This document shows, piece after piece, positions 44,730 through 54,978 of a stretch of 64,000 bases of DNA. The stretch's first letter is position 1. Each line of letters begins with the position of its first letter. The stretch is from assembly GCA_041753875.1 (NCBI GenBank), contig CM085492.1, positions 12,255,563 to 12,319,562 on the forward strand, given 5' to 3'. The stretch comes from Acanthopagrus schlegelii. Lineage: Eukaryota. The notes below the pieces were generated by a model. That model saw only the letters and a program-made list of their open reading frames with translations. It had not been told where the DNA came from and ran no database searches. The translations under genes were made by a program, and so were the position numbers.

Positions 44730-44849
44730 GTGGGAATGTTTGTGTGTGAAGGACCGGTCGTGAATTTGGAGGTGAACCCTAAAACACCCACCGAGCTGGT
44801 CTGTGGTGACGTGCAGGGAAAGCTGTACTTCCTGTCCTGGAAAGAATGA
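44730..44849 (+). CDS. tep1: tep1 terminal exon; VGMFVCEGPVVNLEVNPKTPTELVCGDVQGKLYFLSWKE*
   Basis: Acceptor cctccag| and TGA stop at 44847-44849. Matches the human TEP1 C-terminus LLGLFRCEGSVSCLEPWLGANSTLQLAVGDVQGNVYFLNWE*. Confidence 0.95.
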   Translation: MGMFVCEGPVVNLEVNPKTPTELVCGDVQGKLYFLSWKE

Positions 44850-45201
44850 GACTTAAAATACTAAAAACTTAATTCAGCATTTAAGAAAATGTAACTACAC
44901 AAACCAAAAGTTGTTTAGCTTCTTCTTCGCTTCCATGATAGTGAATGTGCACCATATGTATTTACAAAAAACTCGTAAGTAAAATTATTTACTCCACAAT
45001 AAAGGAGACCTATGTTTACATGTGCCTTTTAATTTAGATAGTAAGTGAAACTTGCAAATGTAACAATCAAGTGTAAAGAATATGTTTGAATTTTGAAAAT
45101 ATCAGTTTTGTGTGAGCTGAATTATTTCTTTTAGTTGAAAATTGTATGTGGAAAGAGAAATGTGGGATATGAGACACTTGAAGTGGAAAAAGATGGTGAA
45201 A

Positions 45202-45207
45202 AATAAA
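45202..45207 (+). other. tep1: candidate tep1 polyadenylation signal AATAAA (alternative at 44999-45004)
   Basis: AATAAA hexamers 150 and 350 nt downstream of the stop. Confidence 0.35.
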
Positions 45208-45749
45208 ATCTTTTCTTTGACACTAAAATTAACCAAGACCAAAGGGTTGCTTGCTGTTTGAAACATGTTTTATGGATTCTGTGTGAGACATCAGTGGCTG
45301 ACATGTAAACACAGCTTATCAGCTAATGCTTTTACAACTCTGTTATCTGCACCAAAGTGCTTCTGTTATATTGACAATGAGCCTCCTCTAACAGCAAAGA
45401 CAAATATAATACTCTTGCCTAAAAATCAGACTGTTCAATAATCTTGATGCCTTTCTATTAACTATGTGGAGCCACTTTATATTTCTTTTGCGTTGTCATC
45501 AACTATATCAGCTAGTCATTGTTTAGGACAATGCTGCAGAGCTGTTTTGCTCTGAAGCTCCAGAAATGTTTTGTGTAGTACTCAACTCCACCACAGGGGT
45601 CAGTACATGATGACAGGATTTTCGTTTCTGAATGAACTTAAACATTCAAAGAAGACTTGACCGATCTGAACTGAACATCTACAGTTCTGTCGTATGAAGA
45701 TATAAGATCAAAAGTTAACCTCCTGTGAGAAATTATTTAAACATTTTCA

Positions 45750-47220
45750 CATGGGGGCAGTGATGAGTGTACTGTGCTTGAGTACAATTGTGAGGGATTT
45801 GTCCTTTACTTGAGCATTTCCATTTATGCTACTTTATTGAAAGCAAATATTGTCTTATTGTAAAATATAATTCTAATATTACAAAGAGAATGTACTTTTT
45901 ACTGAACAAATTTTAAAATAAGTTTAGTTACAAGTTACCAAGAGCCAAAGTACAAGATTTTATTGAATTTATTGGCATATAAAGAAAATCTTAAAAACGC
46001 TGAATAGCAGATCTGATAATTGACCAGACGGACAATAATTCAACTTATACTGTACATCATACATCTGTACTTCATTGTCAAAAGTTGACGTGCGCATTGT
46101 AAAGAAATTGTATATCAGAACAGTCTTCAGCTCCATTGATTTCTACATCTCATATTTCTGTGATGGAGAGAGTGGAACACATATTACTTTGTCACAAAAA
46201 GCATTCATGATGTTTGCTTCATACCTGAATTTATTGTGGGTTGTCTGGAAATGTGACCAAATCTGCTGGCTCAAAAATACACCTTCAGCAAATTAAACAA
46301 TCTTGGCTCATTTAGACTCAGCAACAAACACTACAATGGGAAGGTCTTAAATGCTCAGCATTCAAATGAACGAGCACATTATTGATTTGAACAAGTCAGA
46401 AAAGTCACTTGGAGTCATTTCAAATCAGTTACAGGTCCCAAGATTGGCTGTTCAAACAACTGTTTCTAAATACAAAGTGCATGGCACAGTTGTATTGTTG
46501 CCACAATCAGGAAGAAAAACGCAAACTATCACCTGCTGCTGAGAGATGGTCAAGAGCCACCAGAAAACACTATAATACAGTTCTACAATGAGTCAGAAGC
46601 TGCTGGAAGACAGATGTTAATTTCCACAGTCAGGCGTGTTTTACATCAACATGGGCTCAGAGGTTACCGTGCAAGAAAGAAGCCCTTGCTTCAGATGCGG
46701 CATTTTAAAGTTTGCCTGAAGTTTGCTGCTGATCACATGAACAAAGAAAAAACCTGGGGGTAAACTCTGTGGTCAGATGAAACAACATTTTTTTGTTGTT
46801 TTGCCACAATGGATTGCAATACGTTTGGAGGTGAGAAGGTGAGGCCCTTAACCTGAAGAACACCACAACTACTGTCAAGCACATCCTTGGGGCTGTTTTG
46901 CTGCCAGTGGATCTGCTTCTTAAAATCATCAGCCAGAAGATTGGGTCTTGGATGCAGCTGACAGTTCCAACAGGACAATGTTCCCAAACACACATCAAAA
47001 GTGGTAACTGAATGTTAGAATTGAGGTTTTGGAATGGCCCTCCCAAAGTCCTGACTTTCACTCGTACCAAAGTACTCTACTCAAATTTAGTTAGGAGTAA
47101 GGAGATTTTTCAGTCTTTCACTTGATTCTTTAATTTGTGACCTATCTGAATTTTTAACTTGTGTTCTGGGAATATTTTCGGTCCCCCAAAATAATGCGAC
47201 ACCTTTCAGTTGACCTTTAC
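45750..47220 (+). mobile_element. Tc1/mariner-family DNA transposon relic (degenerate transposase ORF, decayed TIRs)
   Basis: Track ORFs 46351..46542 (IIDLNKSEKSLGVISNQLQVPRLAVQTTVSKYKVHGTVVLLPQSGRK) and later frames (FPNTHQK...VLEWPSQSPDF) match the Tc1 transposase HTH and C-terminus, with frameshifts. The ends show imperfect inverted similarity (catgggggcagtgatgag ... tcggtcccccaaaat; tacttgagca / tactcaaat). Confidence 0.65.
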
Positions 47221-47612
47221 ATCCATGCACATGCACATATATACTTAACTAATATTGAGTAGTGTAATGTTTTAACACAGTATCTTTACTCGAATATGAT
47301 TTGTCTGTACTTTTAACAACACTGCTTACAAAAAACAGCCTTTTGAAACGAATGTATTTATTTTTTACCCTTGGCGAGGTCGACATTAGGAATTTCCGAG
47401 CAGTACGTGAAAGCAACATCAGCTCATCTCACAGACTCCCAGGTGAGTCTGACACGCCCTCTCTAGGACAACAACACACAGGTAACTAACAGGGACAAAA
47501 CTCGATGTGCTGGTTTCAGTGAGAGCTTTGTGGACACCTGCAAGTCGCAAGCATCTGTGGGACGTCTCTGACCGCAAGCGTTTTTCCTCCCCCCCTTCTT
47601 TTTTTTTTTCTC

Positions 47613-47799
47613 AGGGAGGAGTGAAAACAACCGGCAGTATCAACACGGGACGGACAGAAAGTCGACAAATCTTCACTAACAACACCAAACAGCGGCGGGA
47701 TAGCTTAACACTGAACAACTGCGGGATAACTCAACACTAAACAACTGCAGCATAACTTAACACTTACGTTACACAAGGGCGGACGTAAAGGAGCTAATG
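47613..47799 (+). CDS. putative first coding exon of the APOL-domain gene: mostly 5'UTR, ending with the start codon ATG (47797-47799) followed directly by donor GTGAGT
   Basis: Acceptor tttctcag| at 47612 and ATG|GTGAGT at 47799/47800. The next exon (47954) begins in phase 0. This is an inference; a possible upstream non-coding exon ends at 47446 (cag|GTGAGT). Confidence 0.3.
47690..47775. repeat. ~26-nt tandem repeat x ~2.5 (gatagcttaacactgaacaactgcgg / gataactcaacactaaacaactgcag / cataacttaacact)
   Basis: Read directly; it lies in the putative 5' exon just upstream of an ATG|GTGAGT junction. Confidence 0.6.
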
Positions 47800-47953
47800 G
47801 TGAGTTAACGTTCACATTCGTCCTCTACAAACGAGCTAATGTTCGTGTCGAGACGTTCTGCTGTCGACTGTCTCGAGACATTGTTCAAAATGTCGGTTAG
47901 CGTATCGTTAATGTTCAAATAACCGTTCATGACGATGTGTGTTCGTTTGACAG

Positions 47954-48019
47954 GAGCGATACGACAACCTGGATTTGGACCTGGAGTGTGATGGAGGAGG
48001 AGGAGGAGGAGGTGTAGCT
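47954..48019 (+). CDS. APOL-domain gene exon; ERYDNLDLDLECDGGGGGGGVA (phase 0-0)
   Basis: Acceptor tttgacag| and donor gct|GTGAGT. Contains a (GGA)7 run encoding poly-Gly. Confidence 0.4.
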
Positions 48020-49484
48020 GTGAGTAGATATCTTCTGATTATGAGCATAATCTAACTTTAGCCGGTTAACGTTTGTGGTTAAAGGTTTACTGTGTTGGAG
48101 TCACAGTTTTTCTCCTCGCTGAGGTCGGATGAGTAGAGTTCATCGATCCGACCTAAATCCATGTGACTGAAACTCAATACAGGCTTCTAATGCACAATGC
48201 AGTCCATAGGTATGTGCTCAGTGACATATTTTTTGTTGCTCTGGCTCGAAACTCCAACACAATGGACTTTAATATCAAATAATAAAAGATTAAATGAATG
48301 CTGACTTTTACCTTTAATTGGAGTGTGCTGTGTAGAAACTGTCCTTTCTTCATGGCCGGATTAACCTTCTAGGTTGCTCCAGGGCAAACATGTGCCATTG
48401 GGCCCCCTATAGCCCCCCTACACCAGATTAGCGATTAACCAGTGATGGAATGTAACCAAGAACATTTATTCAAGTACTATACTTAAGTGCAATATTAGTT
48501 TACGTATACGTACTACTTTTTTCTGTGTCTGTTTTCAATTGTTCACGATAAGGAGTGAGCATTTGTGGCAGCAGGCGCCACCCAGAGAAAAGGCGCAGGT
48601 CCCAGCATCTTTTATTTCCGCTTCACTGTCGCTCTTTTTTCTTTTTCCTGGCCTAGTCAATAATATTCACCATATTTTTGTCTTCTACGGATCATGTTGT
48701 GAACCGACATCGTCCATGCTCTGATGTCCTGATGTCAAATTAAAACGAAATAGATGGTAAACCGTAAAAGGGCAGATGTCAAGATATTGTTTTCATAGAG
48801 ACAACGTCACACGTGCAGCCTTTTTTCTCTCAGCACACAAGTGCTTAATTAATAAATGCCCCTGAGCACACAGCCTTACATTTTCTGCCTGAAAAAATGC
48901 TATGACATTGGCCCAAAGGTTACTTGTTACTTTGCAGATTGCATACATCATCAGAGCTATAAAAAAAAAAGGCATTATAGTTTTGGTTTATTATGATCTA
49001 TCAGTAATGCCTGTGGGTGCTGTTTTATGTGATTCTTAAACAGGTTAATAGTATTATGATCAATTTTCCCTGGGCTAGAAGACATAATTTTCACATAAAT
49101 TAATATTCTCATAAATTAACTGTCATCAAGGTTTCAAGTCCAGACATGAAACCAGCTTCAAGTCCAGGCTTGAAATCTCGATGTGAAACTGGACTGTGAG
49201 AAGTAAACCAGTCAGTGCTCTCATCCATAAATCCATTAGAAAAGTGTTGGTCATTTGCAGCGTCTTTTGCAGTTCAGTCTCCATGTGAAGCAAATATGAT
49301 GCTGCTGACTCACAGGTCTCTGCAGTAGATGTTTGCCCTGTGTTAGTCACTCATTTTGAATGATGCCGGTATGTCAGAACTGAAACCACTTCAGAGATTA
49401 GTCTTATGTAATCATCCTGAGTGGGTTTTACATGTATATCATTCACTAAATGTGTTTAATTTTCCACTTTCACCTCCCATGCAG

Positions 49485-49556
49485 CAGAAAGTGGCAATAT
49501 TTGGTGGGATGTTCAAAAGATCCTCCAAGATTGCTGAACCATCCGCGCAATCACAG
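49485..49556 (+). CDS. repeat-array exon, type A (basic); QKVAIFGGMFKRSSKIAEPSAQSQ
   Basis: Track ORF 49356..49568. Acceptor catgcag| and donor cag|GTGATG, phase 0-0. Confidence 0.55.
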
Positions 49557-49851
49557 GTGATGTTGTAGTTTTATCCTTGTTTAATTTAAATGTAGAACCT
49601 AACATTTAGTAAACCAGTACACTGAAAAGAGATCTCTCGTGAAAAGCTTATATTGACTATTAATCCCTGATACTAGTGTTTAAGATGGTTACTCATACTC
49701 ACATTGTTGACATGTATAACAATAAAATTGCTATAAGCGCTATCTTGTAAAACAAGTAGTTAGAATTCAGAAATGAAACGTAAAATAAAATGTGTTTATG
49801 ATTTGATTTGCTTCCGCATTTACTCACATCAGTTCTGTACTGACTTTTCAG

Positions 49852-49917
49852 GACACATTATCAGTGAACAGCGACCTTTCAAAGAGCAGCGACAGTCTGA
49901 CTGACAGCAGCACAAAG
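49852..49917 (+). CDS. repeat-array exon, type B (acidic/Ser); DTLSVNSDLSKSSDSLTDSSTK
   Basis: Acceptor ttttcag| and donor aag|GTGATG, 22 codons, 0-0. Confidence 0.55.
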
Positions 49918-50045
49918 GTGATGCTCACTATTTAATTTTTCTTTTCTAATCTTATGTCTGGTCATCACCAACTGTGATCGGCGTGTTATTATTAAATGAC
50001 AGTGTTTCTTGAGCATGTTGACAGTAAATTACATTCATCTTTCAG

Positions 50046-50114
50046 GAGAAAGGAGGCGTGTTGAAAGGAATGTTCAAGAAGACGACCAAAACCGCCAAAG
50101 AGGGCCAATCACAG
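50046..50114 (+). CDS. type A; EKGGVLKGMFKKTTKTAKEGQSQ
   Basis: Acceptor ttcag| and donor cag|GTTTGT, 23 codons, 0-0. Confidence 0.55.
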
Positions 50115-50485
50115 GTTTGTAGTGGTTTAACTACAGTTTAACTGAAGTTATTAGTAGATGGCTTATTGTTAAAGCCATTTATATTTATCAAACACATGCT
50201 AAACATTTGCTGGTTCCAGCTTCTTAAATGTGAGGATTTGGTGCCATTTTTCCCCTAAAAATATCACTGTTAATTCAAATATCTGTGGACTTTTAAGTCT
50301 CTAAAAGCTCTTTTGTCATTACTCTAAAAAGAATACTGACTTGAGTACTCAAAATGTGTTTTGAATCTGTCAACAAAATGGGAACAACTAAAAAAAGGAT
50401 TGTCTCAAAATGATTAAATATTTTAATTTGTGTCTCCACAATTGTATAGAAATATGAGAGGTTAATCGTTTTTTATCATTTATAG

Positions 50486-50557
50486 GACACCCTTTCACTA
50501 CAAAATCCTGAACTGTCTGTCAGTAGTGACAGCTTAACAGACAACAAGTCCTCAAAG
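50486..50557 (+). CDS. type B; DTLSLQNPELSVSSDSLTDNKSSK
   Basis: Acceptor tatag| and donor aag|GTGAGT, 24 codons, 0-0. Confidence 0.55.
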
Positions 50558-50645
50558 GTGAGTTAACTCTCTGCTCTGTGATATTTTCCCACGCAGAATT
50601 TTGTCTTGTCAGTCTTTAAAGCTAATCCTTTCTCTACACTTTTAG

Positions 50646-50717
50646 GAGAAATCAGGTGTGTTCGGTGGGATACTGAAACGAGCTGGTAAACCAGGACACG
50701 CCCGGAGGCCTTCACAG
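50646..50717 (+). CDS. type A; EKSGVFGGILKRAGKPGHARRPSQ
   Basis: Acceptor tttag| and donor cag|GTGAGA, 24 codons, 0-0. Confidence 0.55.
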
Positions 50718-50837
50718 GTGAGACAGAATCTTCTGTTATATGTCAGAGATAATGTATACCATTTGAAAACACAGTGGTCAGCTTAATGCCAGATATGTAA
50801 AATGTCTATAATTGTGATGTAACATTGTGTGTTTCAG

Positions 50838-50900
50838 GATCTGTTGGACAACGACTTTACAGCCAGTAACGACAGTCTGTCTGAAAACACTGCAACTAAA
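50838..50900 (+). CDS. type B; DLLDNDFTASNDSLSENTATK
   Basis: Acceptor tttcag| and donor aaa|GTGAGC, 21 codons, 0-0. Confidence 0.55.
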
Positions 50901-51705
50901 GTGAGCCTCATCAGCCAAGTTTTTTATTTAAAGAAAACAAAGAACAAAGTCTTTGTTCTTCAATGCTCTTTTTAAATATTTTGTTAATAAAATCACTGTA
51001 TGTCAATCAACCAACAAAAATTGGGGAAGATTCAAAAGAAGTCTTGTTACAGTGGCAATTTTGTATTTTTTATTGGTAGTTTTTATTATTTGTAACTATT
51101 TATTTGTAAGTTTTTGTTTGAGCTCACCAAACTAAATTCCTGTCAACTATGTTTGATGGCACCAAAGTTTTGAATCTTGAATTTGATTAATGTGTGTTAA
51201 ATTATTATCAAACAGTCAAAGTAAGAACACATGTCTGTTGCTGTTATTTATTTAACACTTATCAAGTGAAGAATCACATCACTTTGTGTCCAAGAGATGT
51301 TTCTTAGGACAAAAAACTACTTTACCAACACTGAGTGTTCAGTATTGTCAAGTTGGTATTGAAGAATAGAAACATACAGTACATGTGAGGGATTTTGCTT
51401 GGTGTTAATTAGGGACGTATGATGGTCTTTCTGATGTTGTTCAGCCTACAGTAGGCGTGTGGACCTCAACTCAGGTTTGGAAGGGTGTGTTTTTGTTTTT
51501 GTGGGTGTTTGGAAGTGTGAGCTGAACCTGCTAGCATCAGCAGTATGAAAGAAATGCTGGCTCCTGCGTGTAAAGCACAAAAGGCCTGCCTGTCCATCTG
51601 ACAGCTGCATCAGTTCAAAAGACAACAGAGCTGGTTTGATTTTATTTTATTTCAACAAACTGTATATATGTATATATGTGTCTTTTACGATGTGTCTTTT
51701 TCCAG

Positions 51706-51771
51706 GAGACAGGAGGAGTGTTCAGTGGGATGTTTAAAAAAAAGCCTTTTGGAGCGAGGACACAATCTCAG
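51706..51771 (+). CDS. type A; ETGGVFSGMFKKKPFGARTQSQ
   Basis: Track ORF 51676..52050 frame. Acceptor tttccag| and donor cag|GTGAGA. Confidence 0.6.
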
Positions 51772-51861
51772 GTGAGAGTTGTGCATCTTACTCTACCTCT
51801 GTTACATCATTTGAAAATAAACAATAATAATCAGGTGGGGACATTTGTTTCTTGCCTTCAG

Positions 51862-51930
51862 GAGGATTTGTCTGCACCAAGCGAGCTCTCAGGCAGCACT
51901 GACAATCTCTCTGTGAATAGCAACACTAAG
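51862..51930 (+). CDS. type B; EDLSAPSELSGSTDNLSVNSNTK
   Basis: Acceptor ccttcag| and donor aag|GTAAAG. Confidence 0.6.
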
Positions 51931-52555
51931 GTAAAGTTTGTGAAAGCTTCACCTTACATCAAACATACAAACTGTCCTCAACTTGTGATATTAAAGCTGC
52001 CATGGCAGTTCCTAGCAGCACAGTTCTTCCTTGTTTTCATTCTAAACTGAAGCTGCACTCATGATACATCTCTGTTTTGGTTTACATTTGCCCCTTTGTC
52101 CATCCACTTCAATTTTGAAATCTGAATAACTGATTTAAGCACGCATTTCATGTTCTAGTGCAACTTCTACCTGCACCATCAACTATTTTAAACATTGGTG
52201 CTTTGAAATGAATAATGAATGAAGTCATAATACTTGAATTTATATTTATTTCTTCTTTTACTAAAGTATAAGATCTTAATATTCTTCCATGTCTTATACT
52301 TTTTCGGAGCTGAACAGTTACATTGAATAATGTGACTGTCCCCAATTGTTTGTACAGAGCTGAAAGCATTGGATGAGAATTTGTGAGATGTGTGTTTCTG
52401 TTTTTGTTTTGATGTGTGTTGGGAAGGATGAGAGGTAAAACTTCATCCATCAGCATTTTGAAGAAAGTACAGGCTGCAGTGTGACATCCCTGCCCATCCA
52501 TCTGCCACCTGAAAAATCTCTTAGTAATTCTTTCTTTTGTTTGACTTTTTTACCA

Positions 52556-52627
52556 GGAGACAGGAGGGATCTTCAGTGGGATGTTTAAAAAATCCCCCAA
52601 GCCTTTTGGAGCAACAACACAGTCTCA
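52556..52627 (+). CDS. type A; ETGGIFSGMFKKSPKPFGATTQSQ
   Basis: Acceptor ttaccag| and donor cag|GTGAGA. Confidence 0.6.
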
Positions 52628-52712
52628 GGTGAGAATTGTGCTTCTCACTTGTACCACTGCATCATTAGGAGACAATAGTAAATGAAAGGGGATGTTGTTT
52701 TCTCGCTTTTAG

Positions 52713-52781
52713 GAGGATTTGTCGGCACCCAACGAGCTCTCAGGCAGCGCGGACAATCTTTCTGTGAATAGCAACACTAAG
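52713..52781 (+). CDS. type B; EDLSAPNELSGSADNLSVNSNTK
   Basis: Acceptor cttttag| and donor aag|GTGAGG. Nearly identical to 51862..51930. Confidence 0.6.
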
Positions 52782-52857
52782 GTGAGGAACACTTTATTAA
52801 ATTCCTCTATTTTTGGCAAAACTTCATACACTGTTCTCATGTGAATTTTGTTTCCAG

Positions 52858-52923
52858 GAGGGAGGAGGGATTTTTAGTGGAATGTTTAAAAAAAAGCTTC
52901 TTGGATCAAGGACACAATCTCAA
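52858..52923 (+). CDS. type A; EGGGIFSGMFKKKLLGSRTQSQ
   Basis: Acceptor gtttccag| and donor caa|GTGAGC. Confidence 0.6.
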
Positions 52924-53022
52924 GTGAGCATACGATATATATACATCTCACCATTAAACCATGTGACCATAAATTATTAGAATTAAAAATTAATTGACTG
53001 GCTTTTTTTTCTTGCCTTGAAG

Positions 53023-53091
53023 GATGATTTGTCTGCTCCCAGCGAGCTCTCGGGCAGCACCGACAATCTGTCTGAGGGTAAAGACACTAAG
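53023..53091 (+). CDS. type B; DDLSAPSELSGSTDNLSEGKDTK
   Basis: Acceptor ccttgaag| and donor aag|GTGAGG. Confidence 0.6.
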
Positions 53092-53596
53092 GTGAGGTTT
53101 GTCAAAACCACCCACGCCAATCTTCAAGCGACACAACACTTTAAGTGCAATCCATATTCATAAATGTGCTCATATTAAAGGTGAAATAAATGATATTTGC
53201 TGTCATTAGACATGGCACTAGAACACGAGCATCTCAGACCAAAACAAATGTGTGCTTCGCTCACTCAGTAGAGTTGAAACTCAGAAGAAACTGTCAAACT
53301 ACATAGGCAGTGCTGATCAAATATGAATCAAGCCTCTGTTGCTACAAAGTCTTCATGCAAATGTTTTCAGAAACATACTTTTGTGAGCTGTTTTAGCTTT
53401 GATATGAGAAAGTTCCTCACCAGGCCACCATGTTGAAAACGGAGAAATTCACATTACAGGCACACACAGGCAGATGTGACAACATTTTCTTCTCAGGATG
53501 CCATTTTTACTTTACATAGCAAATGCCTGTTTACCCCTATATACATGTTCAAAATCTTATATATTTAACCTTCAACATTTGGCTTCATATTCTCAG

Positions 53597-53656
53597 GAGA
53601 AAGGAGGAATCTTTAGTGGTGTGTTCAGAAAAAAAGTCACCAAATCTCAGTCTCAG
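53597..53656 (+). CDS. type A; EKGGIFSGVFRKKVTKSQSQ
   Basis: Acceptor ttctcag| and donor cag|GTAAGA. Confidence 0.55.
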
Positions 53657-53896
53657 GTAAGATGATAATAATAAGGTTTTCAATGCTGATGTGAACCCTT
53701 TTTTGGTGGTGTAAAAAAGATAGGGATCAAACCAGAGATGTTGAGAATAAAGTACGAATGCAATATGTTGCAGCAGTTTTCACCATCCTTTTTCCCTTCA
53801 GTCATTGAGAAACATGGTTGATAATTCACACATTTAATAAAACACTTGAGCATTTTCGTCTTGGTTAGTACATTCTGATTGCATCTCTCTGTTTAG

Positions 53897-53962
53897 GATG
53901 ACTTGTTTGCCGATGGGGAGCTCTCTGCCAGCAGTGACAGCCTCATAGAGGCGTCTTCAAAG
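53897..53962 (+). CDS. type B; DDLFADGELSASSDSLIEASSK
   Basis: Acceptor gtttag| and donor aag|GTAAGA. In-frame with track ORF 53903..54130. Confidence 0.55.
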
Positions 53963-54158
53963 GTAAGAGGTGAGGCTTTTCGCCTCTTATTGTCTTTTCA
54001 CTTGGACACGCACTGCATCAACACTAAGACATATACAGGAAATATATCAGTTTGTAACTTCCTTAAATTGTTTGCATTACAAAGGACTTTACAGCCAGTA
54101 AATTGCACTTCTGGTCATGTTCTGAGATGAATGACATGCTGATAATGTATTGTAACAG

Positions 54159-54224
54159 GAGAAGGGTAAGACTGAACAATCAGGAGATCTAAAGGAGAAT
54201 ACAGAGAAACCAAAAGCCAAGCAG
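54159..54224 (+). CDS. charged exon; EKGKTEQSGDLKENTEKPKAKQ
   Basis: Acceptor taacag| and donor cag|GTGGGT, 0-0. Confidence 0.45.
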
Positions 54225-54357
54225 GTGGGTTGTTATGCTAGAGCAACTGCATATCCTCTCTAAATAAGATCTGCTGTGCTGATACAGTGAGGGTCAGGGT
54301 TACAATCCGTTTATTTTTGTGACAGTAACAGTATCTTTGTGTTTTGTGTTTCTTCAG

Positions 54358-54405
54358 AATGGTTTCAGTGCGATGATGAAGAGCACATTCTACACTGAAA
54401 AACAG
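54358..54405 (+). CDS. exon; NGFSAMMKSTFYTEKQ
   Basis: Acceptor ttcttcag| and donor cag|GTGAGA, 0-0. Confidence 0.45.
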
Positions 54406-54595
54406 GTGAGAGGTGGCAGACTGTTCTTTTGATATTTGCTACATGTCATTGGTTCATCTCTTCCATTAATTGATTAGTATATCTGGCAGAAAAGGCAAAA
54501 ACATTGTATGAACTCATGAATTAACCCACATGATGTACTATTGTTGCTATTGTCTCCTGTTTATAATCTACATTACATTTTGGCTCCATGTGCAG

Positions 54596-54658
54596 GAGAA
54601 GAACTCTGACTCTGAGGAGATATTGGACAATGGAGATGACCAGCCCAGTCACAAACAG
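54596..54658 (+). CDS. exon; EKNSDSEEILDNGDDQPSHKQ
   Basis: Acceptor gtgcag| and donor cag|GTTTGT, 0-0. Confidence 0.45.
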
Positions 54659-54758
54659 GTTTGTTAAGTTTTGTGTTTTAGTGTCAATCAGCAGTTTATT
54701 CTCTGAATGTGCTTCTTATTTTATGTCGTTTACTCTGTTTATTTTGTTTCATATTCAG

Positions 54759-54812
54759 AAAAAACTCACTGATGCGATGACAAAGCTGAATCCATTTCGA
54801 TCTGCAAATAAA
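54759..54812 (+). CDS. exon; KKLTDAMTKLNPFRSANK
   Basis: Acceptor attcag| and donor aaa|GTAAGA. A paralogous exon lies at 55921. Confidence 0.5.
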
Positions 54813-54906
54813 GTAAGAAATTATTACATTTTCTTTTGAGAAAATGATTATTGAAAGAGATTCTATGTGTTTTTCATGAAGTATGGCTTTATGTGTTCCC
54901 TCTGCA

Positions 54907-54978
54907 GCATGAGAAGCAGGCTGACTCAGATGACGAGGATCCACCTGTGAGCAGTGAGAAGTCATCAGGCAACAAACA
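54907..54978 (+). CDS. exon; HEKQADSDDEDPPVSSEKSSGNKQ
   Basis: Acceptor ctctgcag| and donor cag|GTGCTT, 0-0. Confidence 0.45.
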
